From positions 4,149 to 68,148 of the forward strand of contig JAZQBL010000039.1 of assembly GCA_045545665.1 (NCBI GenBank): a DNA stretch of 64,000 nt. Reading direction: 5' to 3'. The DNA comes from Eubacteriales bacterium (lineage in GTDB: Bacteria; Bacillota; Clostridia; Oscillospirales; CAG-272). The stretch's first letter is position 1. The number at the start of each line of letters is the position of its first letter. A program made the translations under genes and the position numbers. This document shows positions 36,895 to 46,732 of the stretch, piece by piece. The notes below the pieces were generated by a model that saw only the letters and a list, made by a program, of their open reading frames with translations, did no database searches and had not been told where the DNA came from.

Positions 36895-37581
36895 ATGAAA
36901 ATTAACGGATTACAAAAACTCACCCTGCTTGATTTCCCGGGAAAGACTGCCTGCATAGTTTTTACCCCCGGTTGCAATTTCAGATGCCCTTTTTGCCACA
37001 ATGCGTCTCTCGTCACACATATAGACACATCATCGCAGATAGAAGAAAACGAGTTCTTTTCATTTCTTGAAAAGCGCCGCCGTATGCTTGACGGTGTTTG
37101 TATAACGGGCGGAGAGCCTCTGATGCAAAACGGTATAAAAGAATTTATAAAAAAAATAAAAGATATGGGATACGCTGTAAAGCTTGATACAAACGGAACG
37201 TACCCGGACAAGCTTGAAGAGCTTATAAAAGACGGTCTTCTTGACTACGTTGCAATGGATATCAAAAACTGTAAGGAAAAATACGCGCTGACATCGGGAA
37301 TATCCGATATCGTCTACGAAGATATAATAAAAAGTATTAATATCATTTCAAGCAGCAACGTTGACCACGAATTCAGAACGACCGTTACAAACGAGCTTCA
37401 CACCCCCGAAGATATAGGAAAGATCGCAGAAACGATAAAGGGTGAAAAAAAATATTTTCTGCAGAATTTCACCGATTCGGGAGACGTCATTTCCTCTGAA
37501 ATAAGCAGTGTTTCACAGCAAAAGCTTGATGTGATGCTATCATTTGCCAAGGAACATATCCCGAATACACAAATAAGATAA
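36895..37581 (+). CDS. nrdG: anaerobic ribonucleoside-triphosphate reductase activating protein
   Basis: Radical SAM CNFRCPFCHN, GGEPL. 228 aa, adjacent to nrdD. Confidence 0.9.
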   Translation: MKINGLQKLTLLDFPGKTACIVFTPGCNFRCPFCHNASLVTHIDTSSQIEENEFFSFLEKRRRMLDGVCITGGEPLMQNGIKEFIKKIKDMGYAVKLDTNGTYPDKLEELIKDGLLDYVAMDIKNCKEKYALTSGISDIVYEDIIKSINIISSSNVDHEFRTTVTNELHTPEDIGKIAETIKGEKKYFLQNFTDSGDVISSEISSVSQQKLDVMLSFAKEHIPNTQIR

Positions 37582-37593
37582 TTTTCAAAAAAA

Positions 37594-37645
37594 ACATAAT
37601 ATGTAGTAAAAAACACTTGACAAAACACAATATGTATTGTATAAT
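37594..37645 (+). promoter_or_regulatory. nrdD promoter overlapped by two NrdR-box-like palindromes
   Basis: TTGACA (37617-37622), 17 nt, TATAAT (37640-37645). ACACAATATGTATTGT (37625-37640) matches the NrdR box 14/16. ACATAATATGTAGTAA (37594-37609) is a weaker box exactly 31 bp upstream. Confidence 0.55.
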
Positions 37646-37692
37646 ACAATCCCACCCACAAAATATATTAAACGAAAAACAGGAGGAATCAT

Positions 37693-40065
37693 ATGTATAA
37701 CGTAATCAAACGTGACGGTAAGATCGTATCTTTTGATCTTGCGAAAATAAGTTCGGCAATAACCCAGGCATTTGAAGCTTGCAACAAGCAGTACAATGCA
37801 AATATTATAGATTTTCTTGCCCTCAAAGTAACGGCAGAATTTGAACCCAAAATAGAAAACCAGGCAATATCGGTCGAAAACATCCAGGACAGCGTTGAGT
37901 CTGTGCTTATCAAAGCAGGATACGACGACGTAGCCAAAGCTTACATCATTTACCGCCGTCAGAGAGAAAAAATACGTAATCTCACAGCGACGATGGTAGA
38001 CTACAAGGCAATTATCGACAACTACCTTAACATAAACGACTGGAGAGTTAAAGAAAACTCAACAGTCACCTACTCCGTCGGAGGTCTTATTCTCAGCAAC
38101 TCGGGTGCTGTAACGGCAAACTATTGGCTGTCTGAGATCTACGACGACGAAATAGGAAATGCACACAGAAACGCCGACATTCACATTCACGACCTGTCGA
38201 TGCTTACAGGTTACTGTGCAGGTGGGTCGCTCAAGCAGCTCATGCAGGAAGGTCTCGGCGGTGTTGCGGGCAAAATAACCTCTGCTCCCGCAAAGCACCT
38301 TGCAAGTCTTTGCAACCAGATGGTAAACTTTTTGGGAATTATGCAGAACGAATGGGCGGGCGCACAGGCTTTCTCATCGTTTGATACATATCTTGCACCG
38401 TTTGTAAAGGTTGACAATCTTTCATACGGTCAGGTCAAAAAGTGCATCGAATCGTTCATTTACGGTGTAAACACTCCCAGCCGTTGGGGTACGCAGTCTC
38501 CCTTTACAAACATAACGCTTGACTGGGTAGTACCGAACGACTTAGCAGAGCTTAACTGTATCATAGGCGGAAAAGAAGCCGACTTCAAGTACAAAGACTG
38601 TCAGAAGGAAATGGATATGGTAAACAAGGCCTTCATCGAAATAATGATCGAAGGTGATGCTAACGGCAGAGGCTTCCAGTATCCCATCCCCACGTATTCA
38701 ATAACACGTGACTTTGACTGGTCCGATACGGAAAACAACCGTTTGCTCTTTGAAATGACGTCAAAATACGGTACACCTTATTTCTCAAACTACATCAACA
38801 GCGATATGGAACCGAGCGACGTAAGAAGTATGTGCTGCAGACTCCGTCTTGATCTTCGCGAACTTCGCAAAAAGTCCGGCGGTTTCTTCGGAAGCGGTGA
38901 ATCAACGGGTTCTGTCGGTGTCGTTACGATCAATATGCCCCGTATCGCTTACCTTGCAGAAAACGAAGAGGACTTCTACAAGCGTCTTGACCGTCTTATG
39001 GATATTGCCGCACGTTCACTCAAAGTAAAACGTACGGTAATTACAAAGCTTCTTGATGCAGGTCTTTATCCTTACACAAAGAGATACCTCGGAACGTTCA
39101 ACAATCACTTCTCGACCATCGGTCTTGTAGGTATGAACGAAGCGGGACTTAACGCTAAATGGCTCAGAGCCGATCTTACGAACGAAAAGACACAGCAGTT
39201 TACAAAGGACGTTCTCAATCATATGAGAGAAAGGCTGTCCGATTATCAGGTAGAATACGGCGATCTTTACAACCTCGAAGCAACACCTGCAGAGTCTACG
39301 TCATTCCGTCTTGCAAAGCACGACCTCAAGCATTATCCCGATATCATCACAGCAGGAAATGCAGAAGGCAAAACACCTTACTACACAAACAGCTCTCACC
39401 TCCCTGTCGGATATACAGAGGATATATTCTCTGCTCTTGATGTTCAGGACGAGCTTCAGACACTTTACACGTCGGGTACCGTATTCCATGCGTTCTTAGG
39501 TGAAAAGCTTCCCGACTGGAAGGCGGCGGCTACTCTCATAAGAAAGATAGCGGAAAACTACAAGCTTCCCTACTACACACTTTCACCCACTTATTCCGTA
39601 TGTAAAAACCACGGATATCTTGCAGGCGAACAGTTCGTATGCCCCGAATGCGGCGAAAAGACGGAAGTATACAGCCGTATAACAGGTTACTACCGTCCCG
39701 TTCAGAACTGGAACGACGGAAAGGCTCAGGAGTATAAGGACCGCAAGGTATACGACATTGCAAACTCCAAGCTTACGCACGAAGGCGTTCTTTCCGAATC
39801 AATAAAGGAAAGCCGTGTTGAAAACACATCAAACGAAAACGACGGTGCATGGCTCTTCACAGCTGCAACGTGCCCCAACTGCAAGATAGCTTGCTCAATA
39901 CTCGACAAAGCGGGATTTGCTTACGAAAAGCTTATCGCAACGGAAAACGTGGATATGACGAACAAATACGGCGTAAAGCAGGCACCGACGCTTGTCGTGG
40001 TAAAAGACGGTACAGCTACAAAATATTCAGGCGTATCGGACATCAAAAAGATGCTCAACGCATAA
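37693..40065 (+). CDS. nrdD: anaerobic (class III) ribonucleoside-triphosphate reductase with fused C-terminal thioredoxin/glutaredoxin-like domain
   Basis: ATP-cone N-terminus (MYNVIKRDGKIVSFD), Zn site CKNHG...CPECG, glycyl-radical motif SRITGYYRP. An extra ~71-aa domain WLFTAATCPNCK...APTLVV (39850-40062) follows. Confidence 0.9.
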   Translation: MYNVIKRDGKIVSFDLAKISSAITQAFEACNKQYNANIIDFLALKVTAEFEPKIENQAISVENIQDSVESVLIKAGYDDVAKAYIIYRRQREKIRNLTATMVDYKAIIDNYLNINDWRVKENSTVTYSVGGLILSNSGAVTANYWLSEIYDDEIGNAHRNADIHIHDLSMLTGYCAGGSLKQLMQEGLGGVAGKITSAPAKHLASLCNQMVNFLGIMQNEWAGAQAFSSFDTYLAPFVKVDNLSYGQVKKCIESFIYGVNTPSRWGTQSPFTNITLDWVVPNDLAELNCIIGGKEADFKYKDCQKEMDMVNKAFIEIMIEGDANGRGFQYPIPTYSITRDFDWSDTENNRLLFEMTSKYGTPYFSNYINSDMEPSDVRSMCCRLRLDLRELRKKSGGFFGSGESTGSVGVVTINMPRIAYLAENEEDFYKRLDRLMDIAARSLKVKRTVITKLLDAGLYPYTKRYLGTFNNHFSTIGLVGMNEAGLNAKWLRADLTNEKTQQFTKDVLNHMRERLSDYQVEYGDLYNLEATPAESTSFRLAKHDLKHYPDIITAGNAEGKTPYYTNSSHLPVGYTEDIFSALDVQDELQTLYTSGTVFHAFLGEKLPDWKAAATLIRKIAENYKLPYYTLSPTYSVCKNHGYLAGEQFVCPECGEKTEVYSRITGYYRPVQNWNDGKAQEYKDRKVYDIANSKLTHEGVLSESIKESRVENTSNENDGAWLFTAATCPNCKIACSILDKAGFAYEKLIATENVDMTNKYGVKQAPTLVVVKDGTATKYSGVSDIKKMLNA

Positions 40066-40079
40066 CGGGAACTTAAAAT

Positions 40080-40988
40080 ATGTATGATATTATAGTGATC
40101 GGCGGCGGCCCTGCGGGGCTCGTCGCCGCCCTGTATGCTCGCAGGGCGAACAAAAGTGTACTTGTTATAGAAAAAGGCGGATTCGGCGGACAGATCGCCT
40201 ATTCGCCAAAGGTTGAAAACATTCCCGGCTTTACGGAGATCACGGGAAATGAATTTGCAGAAAAGCTCGTTGAGCAGGTTTTGGCTCAGGAAGCCGACGT
40301 GGAATGTGCCGAGGCACTCAGCATTACCGAACGCGACGGAATAAAGACCGTTACAACGGATTCGGGCGATTTTTCAGCAAAAGCCGTTATCATTGCAACG
40401 GGTGCAAAGCATAGACTGTTGGGACTTGAAAACGAAGAAACACTTATCGGCGAGGGTATATCATTCTGTGCCGTGTGCGACGGTGCTTTCTACCAGGGCA
40501 AGACCGTTGCCGTAATAGGCGGCGGAAATTCCGCTTTGCAAGAGGCTATACTGCTTTCGGATCTTGCAGAAAAAGTGTACGTGATACAAAATCTTGACTT
40601 CCTCACAGGCGAAGAAAAGCTTGCAGAAAAGCTCAGAACGAAGGAAAACGTACAGATAATTTTAGGCTCCGTCGTCGAAAAGCTCATCGGCGAAAAAGAA
40701 CTCGAAGGAATAATTATAAAAGATACTGCGACGAATGAAAGCACGAGCCTTTCCCTTGACGGAATGTTCGTTGCTATCGGTCTTGTTCCGCAAAACAGCG
40801 CATTTAAAGATAACGTCTGCCTTGATGAACGCGGATACGTTATATCGGATGAAAGATGCACTACAAATACCGCAGGTATATTTACCGCAGGTGACTGCAG
40901 AACGAAGACGATACGTCAGGTAATAACAGCCGCATCGGACGGTGCAACAGCCGCACTTGCCGCTTGCGATTATATCGACAGCTTATAA
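40080..40988 (+). CDS. trxB: thioredoxin-disulfide reductase
   Basis: GGGPAG, redox-active CAVCDG, GGGNSA, and the TAGDC C-terminal FAD motif. Confidence 0.9.
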   Translation: MYDIIVIGGGPAGLVAALYARRANKSVLVIEKGGFGGQIAYSPKVENIPGFTEITGNEFAEKLVEQVLAQEADVECAEALSITERDGIKTVTTDSGDFSAKAVIIATGAKHRLLGLENEETLIGEGISFCAVCDGAFYQGKTVAVIGGGNSALQEAILLSDLAEKVYVIQNLDFLTGEEKLAEKLRTKENVQIILGSVVEKLIGEKELEGIIIKDTATNESTSLSLDGMFVAIGLVPQNSAFKDNVCLDERGYVISDERCTTNTAGIFTAGDCRTKTIRQVITAASDGATAALAACDYIDSL

Positions 40989-41050
40989 ATAAAAAGCACA
41001 GAACTTTTTCTCTGTTGTTCTTAACGGAGAAATTGCAGGCACGAAAACTT

Positions 41051-41083
41051 CGGCAGAGAACTTGTTTTCTCTGCCGATTTGTG
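41051..41083 (+). terminator. Rho-independent terminator after trxB
   Basis: CGGCAGAGAA / TTCTCTGCCG stem followed by ATTTGTGTT. Confidence 0.6.
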
Positions 41084-41233
41084 TTATAATAGAGATAATG
41101 AAAAATCCTCTCCCTTTGGATGCGTGCAACCTTAGGGGTATGGGCTTTGCCCTATGCCTGCGTTGCTTGCAACGCTGTAATACAAAGGAGAAACTTGCGA
41201 TAAAATAGTTTTATAGTGAAGGAGATATGTGTA

Positions 41234-41683
41234 ATGAGCAGAAAAAAGCTTGAACCCTATTTGGAATTGCTGAACGGAAGTATACTCGATAATTTAACAT
41301 TGGCTGCTCAGATGATGATGTTTTCATTTGGAAATATTGCTATTCATTCTCAATGCTTTACAAGAATTATGCACAAAAATCGGATTTTGCTGACGACTTT
41401 GGATTATCAAAATTGGGATGAGGTAGATGATAAAAACAATGATGAATGGTATAATTTATCTCTGCATAAAAATCTGATCATAAATAACAAGGTAATTAAA
41501 ACAGAACTTACGAATAGCAACGATTTATTTATATGGTTGGAAAATGACATACAGTTGCAAATATTTATTTCGAATGGATTTCCCCATTATGTAGAAGGTT
41601 GCGAACAATGGCGAATTTTTGAAAATGATAGAGAAAATATGCCGCACACGGTGATATATTCTAATTGCGTTCAAGAAGAATAA
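41234..41683 (+). CDS. hypothetical cytoplasmic protein
   Basis: Start set to MSRKKLEP behind GAAGGAG. No recognisable motif. Confidence 0.5.
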   Translation: MSRKKLEPYLELLNGSILDNLTLAAQMMMFSFGNIAIHSQCFTRIMHKNRILLTTLDYQNWDEVDDKNNDEWYNLSLHKNLIINNKVIKTELTNSNDLFIWLENDIQLQIFISNGFPHYVEGCEQWRIFENDRENMPHTVIYSNCVQEE

Positions 41684-41690
41684 AATAATA

Positions 41691-41727
41691 TAGCCTCGAC
41701 AGACCTTTTAAAAATCTGTCGGGGCTA
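41691..41727. terminator. bidirectional hairpin between convergent genes
   Basis: TAGCCTCGACAGA / TCTGTCGGGGCTA stem. Confidence 0.55.
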
Positions 41728-41825
41728 CTTATTTGTTTACTACGGAGCAAATATTAGCAAACCCACGTATGATTTCTCCGCTAAGTATATCACCTTTTTT
41801 GTTCTGTGCTTTTAATTTTTTCATT

Positions 41826-42281
41826 TCATTCCGCTTTAAAAAGCAGGCGGTAAGATATGCTTTTTCCTTGCGCCCTCTTAATGGAAAACGATGCGATAAG
41901 TCCAAAGGCAAACAATAATATCAGAAATATAAACCCTGCCCCGCCGTCGTCGGCTAATTTTCCGTTAACTACCAAAAAAGCGGATCCAAAGCCTCTGTCC
42001 GAGCGTCTTACGGTGTTTATTATCATTGAACCGTACAGAAAAAGCGGTATCACTGCTGCCGCAATAGGATCAACGTACCATTTAAAAAGGCTGAACCGCA
42101 TAAGAAACGCAACGAGCACCGGTGTCATAAAAAACAGCGTAACGTACGTAGCGAATACCGCCGCACCGAGTCCTGCATCGGCAATATCCAGCATCAAGGA
42201 CACCGTATAAAAGAACGCCATATATACGATCACCGTGAAAATATAATATAAAAACTGAAAGATAATAAGCTTCTTTTTCAT
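41826..42281 (-). CDS. hypothetical 4-5 TM membrane protein
   Basis: 151 aa, hydrophobic throughout. One nucleotide separates its start from the upstream stop. Confidence 0.55.
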   Translation of the reverse strand: MKKKLIIFQFLYYIFTVIVYMAFFYTVSLMLDIADAGLGAAVFATYVTLFFMTPVLVAFLMRFSLFKWYVDPIAAAVIPLFLYGSMIINTVRRSDRGFGSAFLVVNGKLADDGGAGFIFLILLFAFGLIASFSIKRAQGKSISYRLLFKAE

Positions 42282-42282
42282 T

Positions 42283-43686
42283 TTATAACTCTCTTATTTC
42301 CGTTACGCTTATTTCCAAACGACTTAAGACGTTATTTTGGGCAGCATCATCATAGCTGAAGCTTAATTTTATACATCTTTTTACAGTCGTATTTTTTCCG
42401 TCACCAGTCTTCACTTTATATGTTTCTGTGTAGATAAGTGAATACGGATATTCGTTTTCATTTGCTATTAAATTCTGAAATACGATACTGTCACGTCCGT
42501 TACCGTACAACGTCATATCGGTTTCGGAATTTTTGTCCGGGGAAAAACCTTCGTACGGATCTGTTTGTACCGCAAAAGTTTTAAATACTTTTTCAAGCGG
42601 ATCGCCAAACTTTACACCGTACGGCGTATCAAGACCGTCGATCGGCACTTTGGTATACAAGCGGTTTGAATACTCTGCACTTTTTCCGTCCTCTGAGGCT
42701 TTGTAATCGTTATAAAACCCAAACAGATCATTCGTTGCCTGCCAGCCTCCGCCGTAAGGTCCGTCGTAGTGCATCCCCATCGCCCCCACTACGTTCGCAC
42801 CGTTGTAGCTGTATTTTTCCACCTGCGCTATAAAATCGCCTTGTGAAAGTCCTGATCTGAAATTCAATTCATCAAGGTATGAGGAAAGATATTTTGATTC
42901 TTTATCGCCAAAGCTTACGCTTGTATCATCACCGTTTTCATCTGTTTTAGGAAAAGAAAGCGTGATCCGTTCAGAAAAGAACAGATGCTCGTGGTCAATA
43001 CCGCAGCCTCCGTCAACAACGTCACCCGTATCATTTTCAGAAGTCGTCGGCGTTATCTTTTTTATAACTTCAGCAAAAAGGCAAAGATATCCGTCTTCTT
43101 TTTGCAGATAAAGAGCGAAACGGTTGTCATATCCTTCAACATCCTTTGTTATCTTTCTTTCCGCTCGTGCTACAAGCTCATCGGTGATAAGAGGGATATA
43201 AAGTGCGTATCTTTCATCTATCGTTATCTTTTCACCGCAGTCGGGCAACGTAAGTATGTATTTTCCGTCAAGCTGTGATATACACGATGCTCTATTTTTA
43301 CCGACGCTTATTGCTTTTATCTCACATTGAGGAGTCCACCCGCCGTCCGGATAATCACTGTATTCCCAATACGATATTTCACCTTCAAAGTCAACTGTTA
43401 CTATATCATTTTCATGAAGGTCTGTAAAATCAGACCATACGACACGGTAAAGTGTCCCTGCGCTATCGTAGGCATAAAAGCAGTACGGCTTTTCGTCTTT
43501 GTATTCAAATGCAACACAGCTTGGCATAGTTTGTGCTATTTTCAATATAAGCGGCAGATTTTTACCGCTTTCCTGTGTCGTACTGTCGTAACCATTTTGA
43601 GAATCATCCGAATTTGTATCGGTACATCCCGAAAGAGTTGAAATAATAAGTGCAAGCATCAATAATGAAACAAGTAATTTTTTCAT
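42283..43686 (-). CDS. lipoprotein of unknown function
   Basis: Signal peptide with lipobox LSGC (MKKLLVSLLMLALIISTLSGCTD). 467 aa. Confidence 0.7.
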   Translation of the reverse strand: MKKLLVSLLMLALIISTLSGCTDTNSDDSQNGYDSTTQESGKNLPLILKIAQTMPSCVAFEYKDEKPYCFYAYDSAGTLYRVVWSDFTDLHENDIVTVDFEGEISYWEYSDYPDGGWTPQCEIKAISVGKNRASCISQLDGKYILTLPDCGEKITIDERYALYIPLITDELVARAERKITKDVEGYDNRFALYLQKEDGYLCLFAEVIKKITPTTSENDTGDVVDGGCGIDHEHLFFSERITLSFPKTDENGDDTSVSFGDKESKYLSSYLDELNFRSGLSQGDFIAQVEKYSYNGANVVGAMGMHYDGPYGGGWQATNDLFGFYNDYKASEDGKSAEYSNRLYTKVPIDGLDTPYGVKFGDPLEKVFKTFAVQTDPYEGFSPDKNSETDMTLYGNGRDSIVFQNLIANENEYPYSLIYTETYKVKTGDGKNTTVKRCIKLSFSYDDAAQNNVLSRLEISVTEIREL

Positions 43687-43701
43687 AGGACTCCTCCTTT
43701 A

Positions 43702-45285
43702 TTATTTTTTATCGGCTATATAATATACGCTGAAAACATCAAGTGCTCTTATCTTTATATACCCTTTTTCAAGTGCTTCCTTCACCGTCATTGAAGTGCC
43801 GTCGGCAAAGGTTACTATGACGTATTTGCTTTTTACTGACGGAAAGTAGTACACCTTTTCATCATCTTCAAAGAATTTTTCCATCGCCGTATCCGTCGGG
43901 ATATTGTTTTCTCTCGCCATATCTCTTATATTGGCAATCGGTTTTTCGTAATACGGAACGTACAGCTCATCCCTTGCGTATCGGAATTTTTGTCCGTCTT
44001 CTATATCAAACGAACCTGAAGGCGGATTTGAATCCTTTCTTGAATATACCCACTCCGCCCCGTTATAGTGGAAGACGTAGCTGCAAAGTTCCTCCGGTTC
44101 TGCATTTTCAACGTACAGCTTTAAAACACCGCCGTCTTCTTCATATTTTCCTGTAAGTGCAAACGACTGTGAGGATGAAAGTGACATCATGAAAGTGCCC
44201 AGGTATTCGTTAAGAGCGAAATAATTTCCGAATTTGTCACCGTCGATTTCACCTGAAACATACATGCTCCAGCCTGTCGGCATCATATTTTTAAGCTCGT
44301 ACGTCGGGAAAATTGACGTACTTTGAAGCGTTTCGGGGTCTACCATATAAAGATTATATAAGACCGTACTTATACGTGAATCTCTCAATATTCCGTTTTC
44401 GTGATAGCAAACGAGCATAGGGGCTTCAAGCACTTCAGGTACGTATCCGCTTGCATCGACGTAGTCTGATGAAAACGCACCGCGCGCACGTATCATTTTA
44501 CCCCATTCGCTTACGAGATGGTCTTTATTTTCCTTTCCTGACACATCCGTACCGTTAAAGGATAAAAGCTGCATGATTCCGAGCTTTACGGCACCCGTTT
44601 CCGTTTCACGCGGATCTATGGAAGCGTTTCCGTCATAGTCAAATTCGTATTCATCTGTATATACTATCGTTCCCTTACCCGGAAGGAATGCTTCCGTAAC
44701 GGTTTCAAAGCCCGCATCGTGCATATAGATACGGTAATATATTATTGAAAAGATATCCTCTATCATTTTTTCGTATTGCTGATATCCTTTATCAAGTGAA
44801 GGAAATTCGGAAAAATCTCCGTGATACGGACGTATCGTTTCCGCATTTGTGCTTAAATAAAGATTATGGCTGATACCGTCGCACACGGCGTTTGTCAGTT
44901 TTATCTCTTCATACGTAAAATACAGATTGATAGAATCGTTTATCAAAAACAGTACTTCATCATACGTAAGCGGTGTGCGGACACCTTTTTCACGCAATGA
45001 CTTCAACACTGCGTACTGTTCTTCCGAAAATACCGTGGCTGTATTTTCATTTGTGTGAATATAGATGCCGAATTTTTCTTGCAGTTCTTTTTGCGGAAGT
45101 ATTCCTTCACCGAATACACCGTCGCTTTCTGAATCGTTATCGGTAACGTTTTCCATCACGTCAAGATCATACTGTTTTGCACCTTTATCATTCGATGATA
45201 TGGCATACATACAGCCTGTAAGTACAAGAGATGATAAAATAAGCAGTGATGTAACGATCATAAAAAATTTTTTGTTCCCTTTCAT
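43702..45285 (-). CDS. lipoprotein of unknown function
   Basis: Signal peptide with lipobox LTGC (..LILSSLVLTGCMY). 527 aa. Confidence 0.7.
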   Translation of the reverse strand: MKGNKKFFMIVTSLLILSSLVLTGCMYAISSNDKGAKQYDLDVMENVTDNDSESDGVFGEGILPQKELQEKFGIYIHTNENTATVFSEEQYAVLKSLREKGVRTPLTYDEVLFLINDSINLYFTYEEIKLTNAVCDGISHNLYLSTNAETIRPYHGDFSEFPSLDKGYQQYEKMIEDIFSIIYYRIYMHDAGFETVTEAFLPGKGTIVYTDEYEFDYDGNASIDPRETETGAVKLGIMQLLSFNGTDVSGKENKDHLVSEWGKMIRARGAFSSDYVDASGYVPEVLEAPMLVCYHENGILRDSRISTVLYNLYMVDPETLQSTSIFPTYELKNMMPTGWSMYVSGEIDGDKFGNYFALNEYLGTFMMSLSSSQSFALTGKYEEDGGVLKLYVENAEPEELCSYVFHYNGAEWVYSRKDSNPPSGSFDIEDGQKFRYARDELYVPYYEKPIANIRDMARENNIPTDTAMEKFFEDDEKVYYFPSVKSKYVIVTFADGTSMTVKEALEKGYIKIRALDVFSVYYIADKK

Positions 45286-45376
45286 ATTATACTACACCCT
45301 TTCTTTTTTTGCAAGCTTTTCCGTTTGCATCTGCATTGTACCTGCTGTGTTTTGCCAAAACGTCTTTGAGTTATTG

Positions 45377-46732
45377 TCAAGTTGTAAAAGTGACAGATAT
45401 TTCGCATCCTTTGCCGAGTTCCGATTCAAAGAGCATTTCTGCCCCGTGCACGTCTATTATCTGTTTACAAAGTGCAAGTCCGAGTCCTGCACCGCCGTCC
45501 GCTCTCGAACGTGATTTATCCGTACGGTAAAACGGCTCTGTTATATGTGAAAGCTGTTCGGCACTCATTCCCTTTCCGTTATCTTTTATGATAACACGGG
45601 AATCTTTGCAAGACACTTTCACTTCGCCGTTTGTATTACACGCTTTTATTGCGTTTTCAATAAGGTTGTAAAACAGCATTGACAAAAGCGTTTCATTTCC
45701 TGCAACGACCAAGTCTGTCACCTCGCACGTTATCTCAACACCTGTTTTTTCAGCCTTGAAGTGTAATTTTTCACAAACGTCTTTTAAAACATTTGAAACG
45801 GCAATATCCGTTTTTTCCGTTTTATTTTCACGAATAAACGCTCCGTCAAGGAGTATTTCCGATATTTTTTGCAAGCGGTCCGCTTCCGATATGATATATC
45901 TTGCCGCAACGGCTTTGCGTTCATCCGTGATATTTGCTTTTTCTATGTATTCTGCATATCCGTGAATACTTGTAAGAGGTGTGCGAAGCTCGTGCGCCAT
46001 ATCGTCAACAAGCATTTGTTTACGCTGTGCTTCCTTTTCAAGTGTTTGCATCTGCTCGTTAATTTTGGAAAGCATTGAATTGAAGCTTCTCGCAAGCAGG
46101 GTAAATTCGTCATTTCCCTTTTCTTCGACCGTTACGGAAAAATCTCCGTTTTCTATATTTTCCGTTGCTTCTTTCAGCTTTTCAAGCGGATATGACAGTT
46201 TTTTCAAGATAAAATATAGGCACAGCGCAAGTATCAAAGATACAGCGGCGGCTGTCAGTACGTACGTTAGCATAAACGATCTGAATTCAGAGTCGAGATT
46301 TTCCACGTTTTTGGCAAATATCATATCGTATCTGCCGTCACATATTTCAGACGATATTATGATATGGCGTTTGCCGTCGATATCCGCATGTTTTAAAGTG
46401 TTTTTCTCTATATCGTATTCGGTTTTAAAATTTGAATATACGATATTTTTATTTTCTTCAAATGCAAGATACAAGCCTTTTGATGCGTAATGAGTACCGA
46501 ATGACTGCATCAGAAGCGATGGATTACCGTATACGTTACTGTCGATCATATCCTCGTAATCACGTTCAAATGACATCGCAACGTAATACTGTTCTGCACT
46601 TGCGGTATCTTCCGCTGTTTCGACGTTCTTGTTGTACGTGTACACGGTGAGGGAAAGAACGCCTGCATTAAGACATATCAAAAACAGTATCAAAGTAAAA
46701 ATATACGTTTTTTGCCAAAATCTCATTTTCAT
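45377..46732 (-). CDS. sensor histidine kinase (two TM, HAMP, HisKA, HATPase_c)
   Basis: H-box HELRTPLTSIHGY, N-box LIENAIKA, G-box DNGKGM ... GGAGLGLALC. Confidence 0.9.
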   Translation of the reverse strand: MKMRFWQKTYIFTLILFLICLNAGVLSLTVYTYNKNVETAEDTASAEQYYVAMSFERDYEDMIDSNVYGNPSLLMQSFGTHYASKGLYLAFEENKNIVYSNFKTEYDIEKNTLKHADIDGKRHIIISSEICDGRYDMIFAKNVENLDSEFRSFMLTYVLTAAAVSLILALCLYFILKKLSYPLEKLKEATENIENGDFSVTVEEKGNDEFTLLARSFNSMLSKINEQMQTLEKEAQRKQMLVDDMAHELRTPLTSIHGYAEYIEKANITDERKAVAARYIISEADRLQKISEILLDGAFIRENKTEKTDIAVSNVLKDVCEKLHFKAEKTGVEITCEVTDLVVAGNETLLSMLFYNLIENAIKACNTNGEVKVSCKDSRVIIKDNGKGMSAEQLSHITEPFYRTDKSRSRADGGAGLGLALCKQIIDVHGAEMLFESELGKGCEISVTFTT

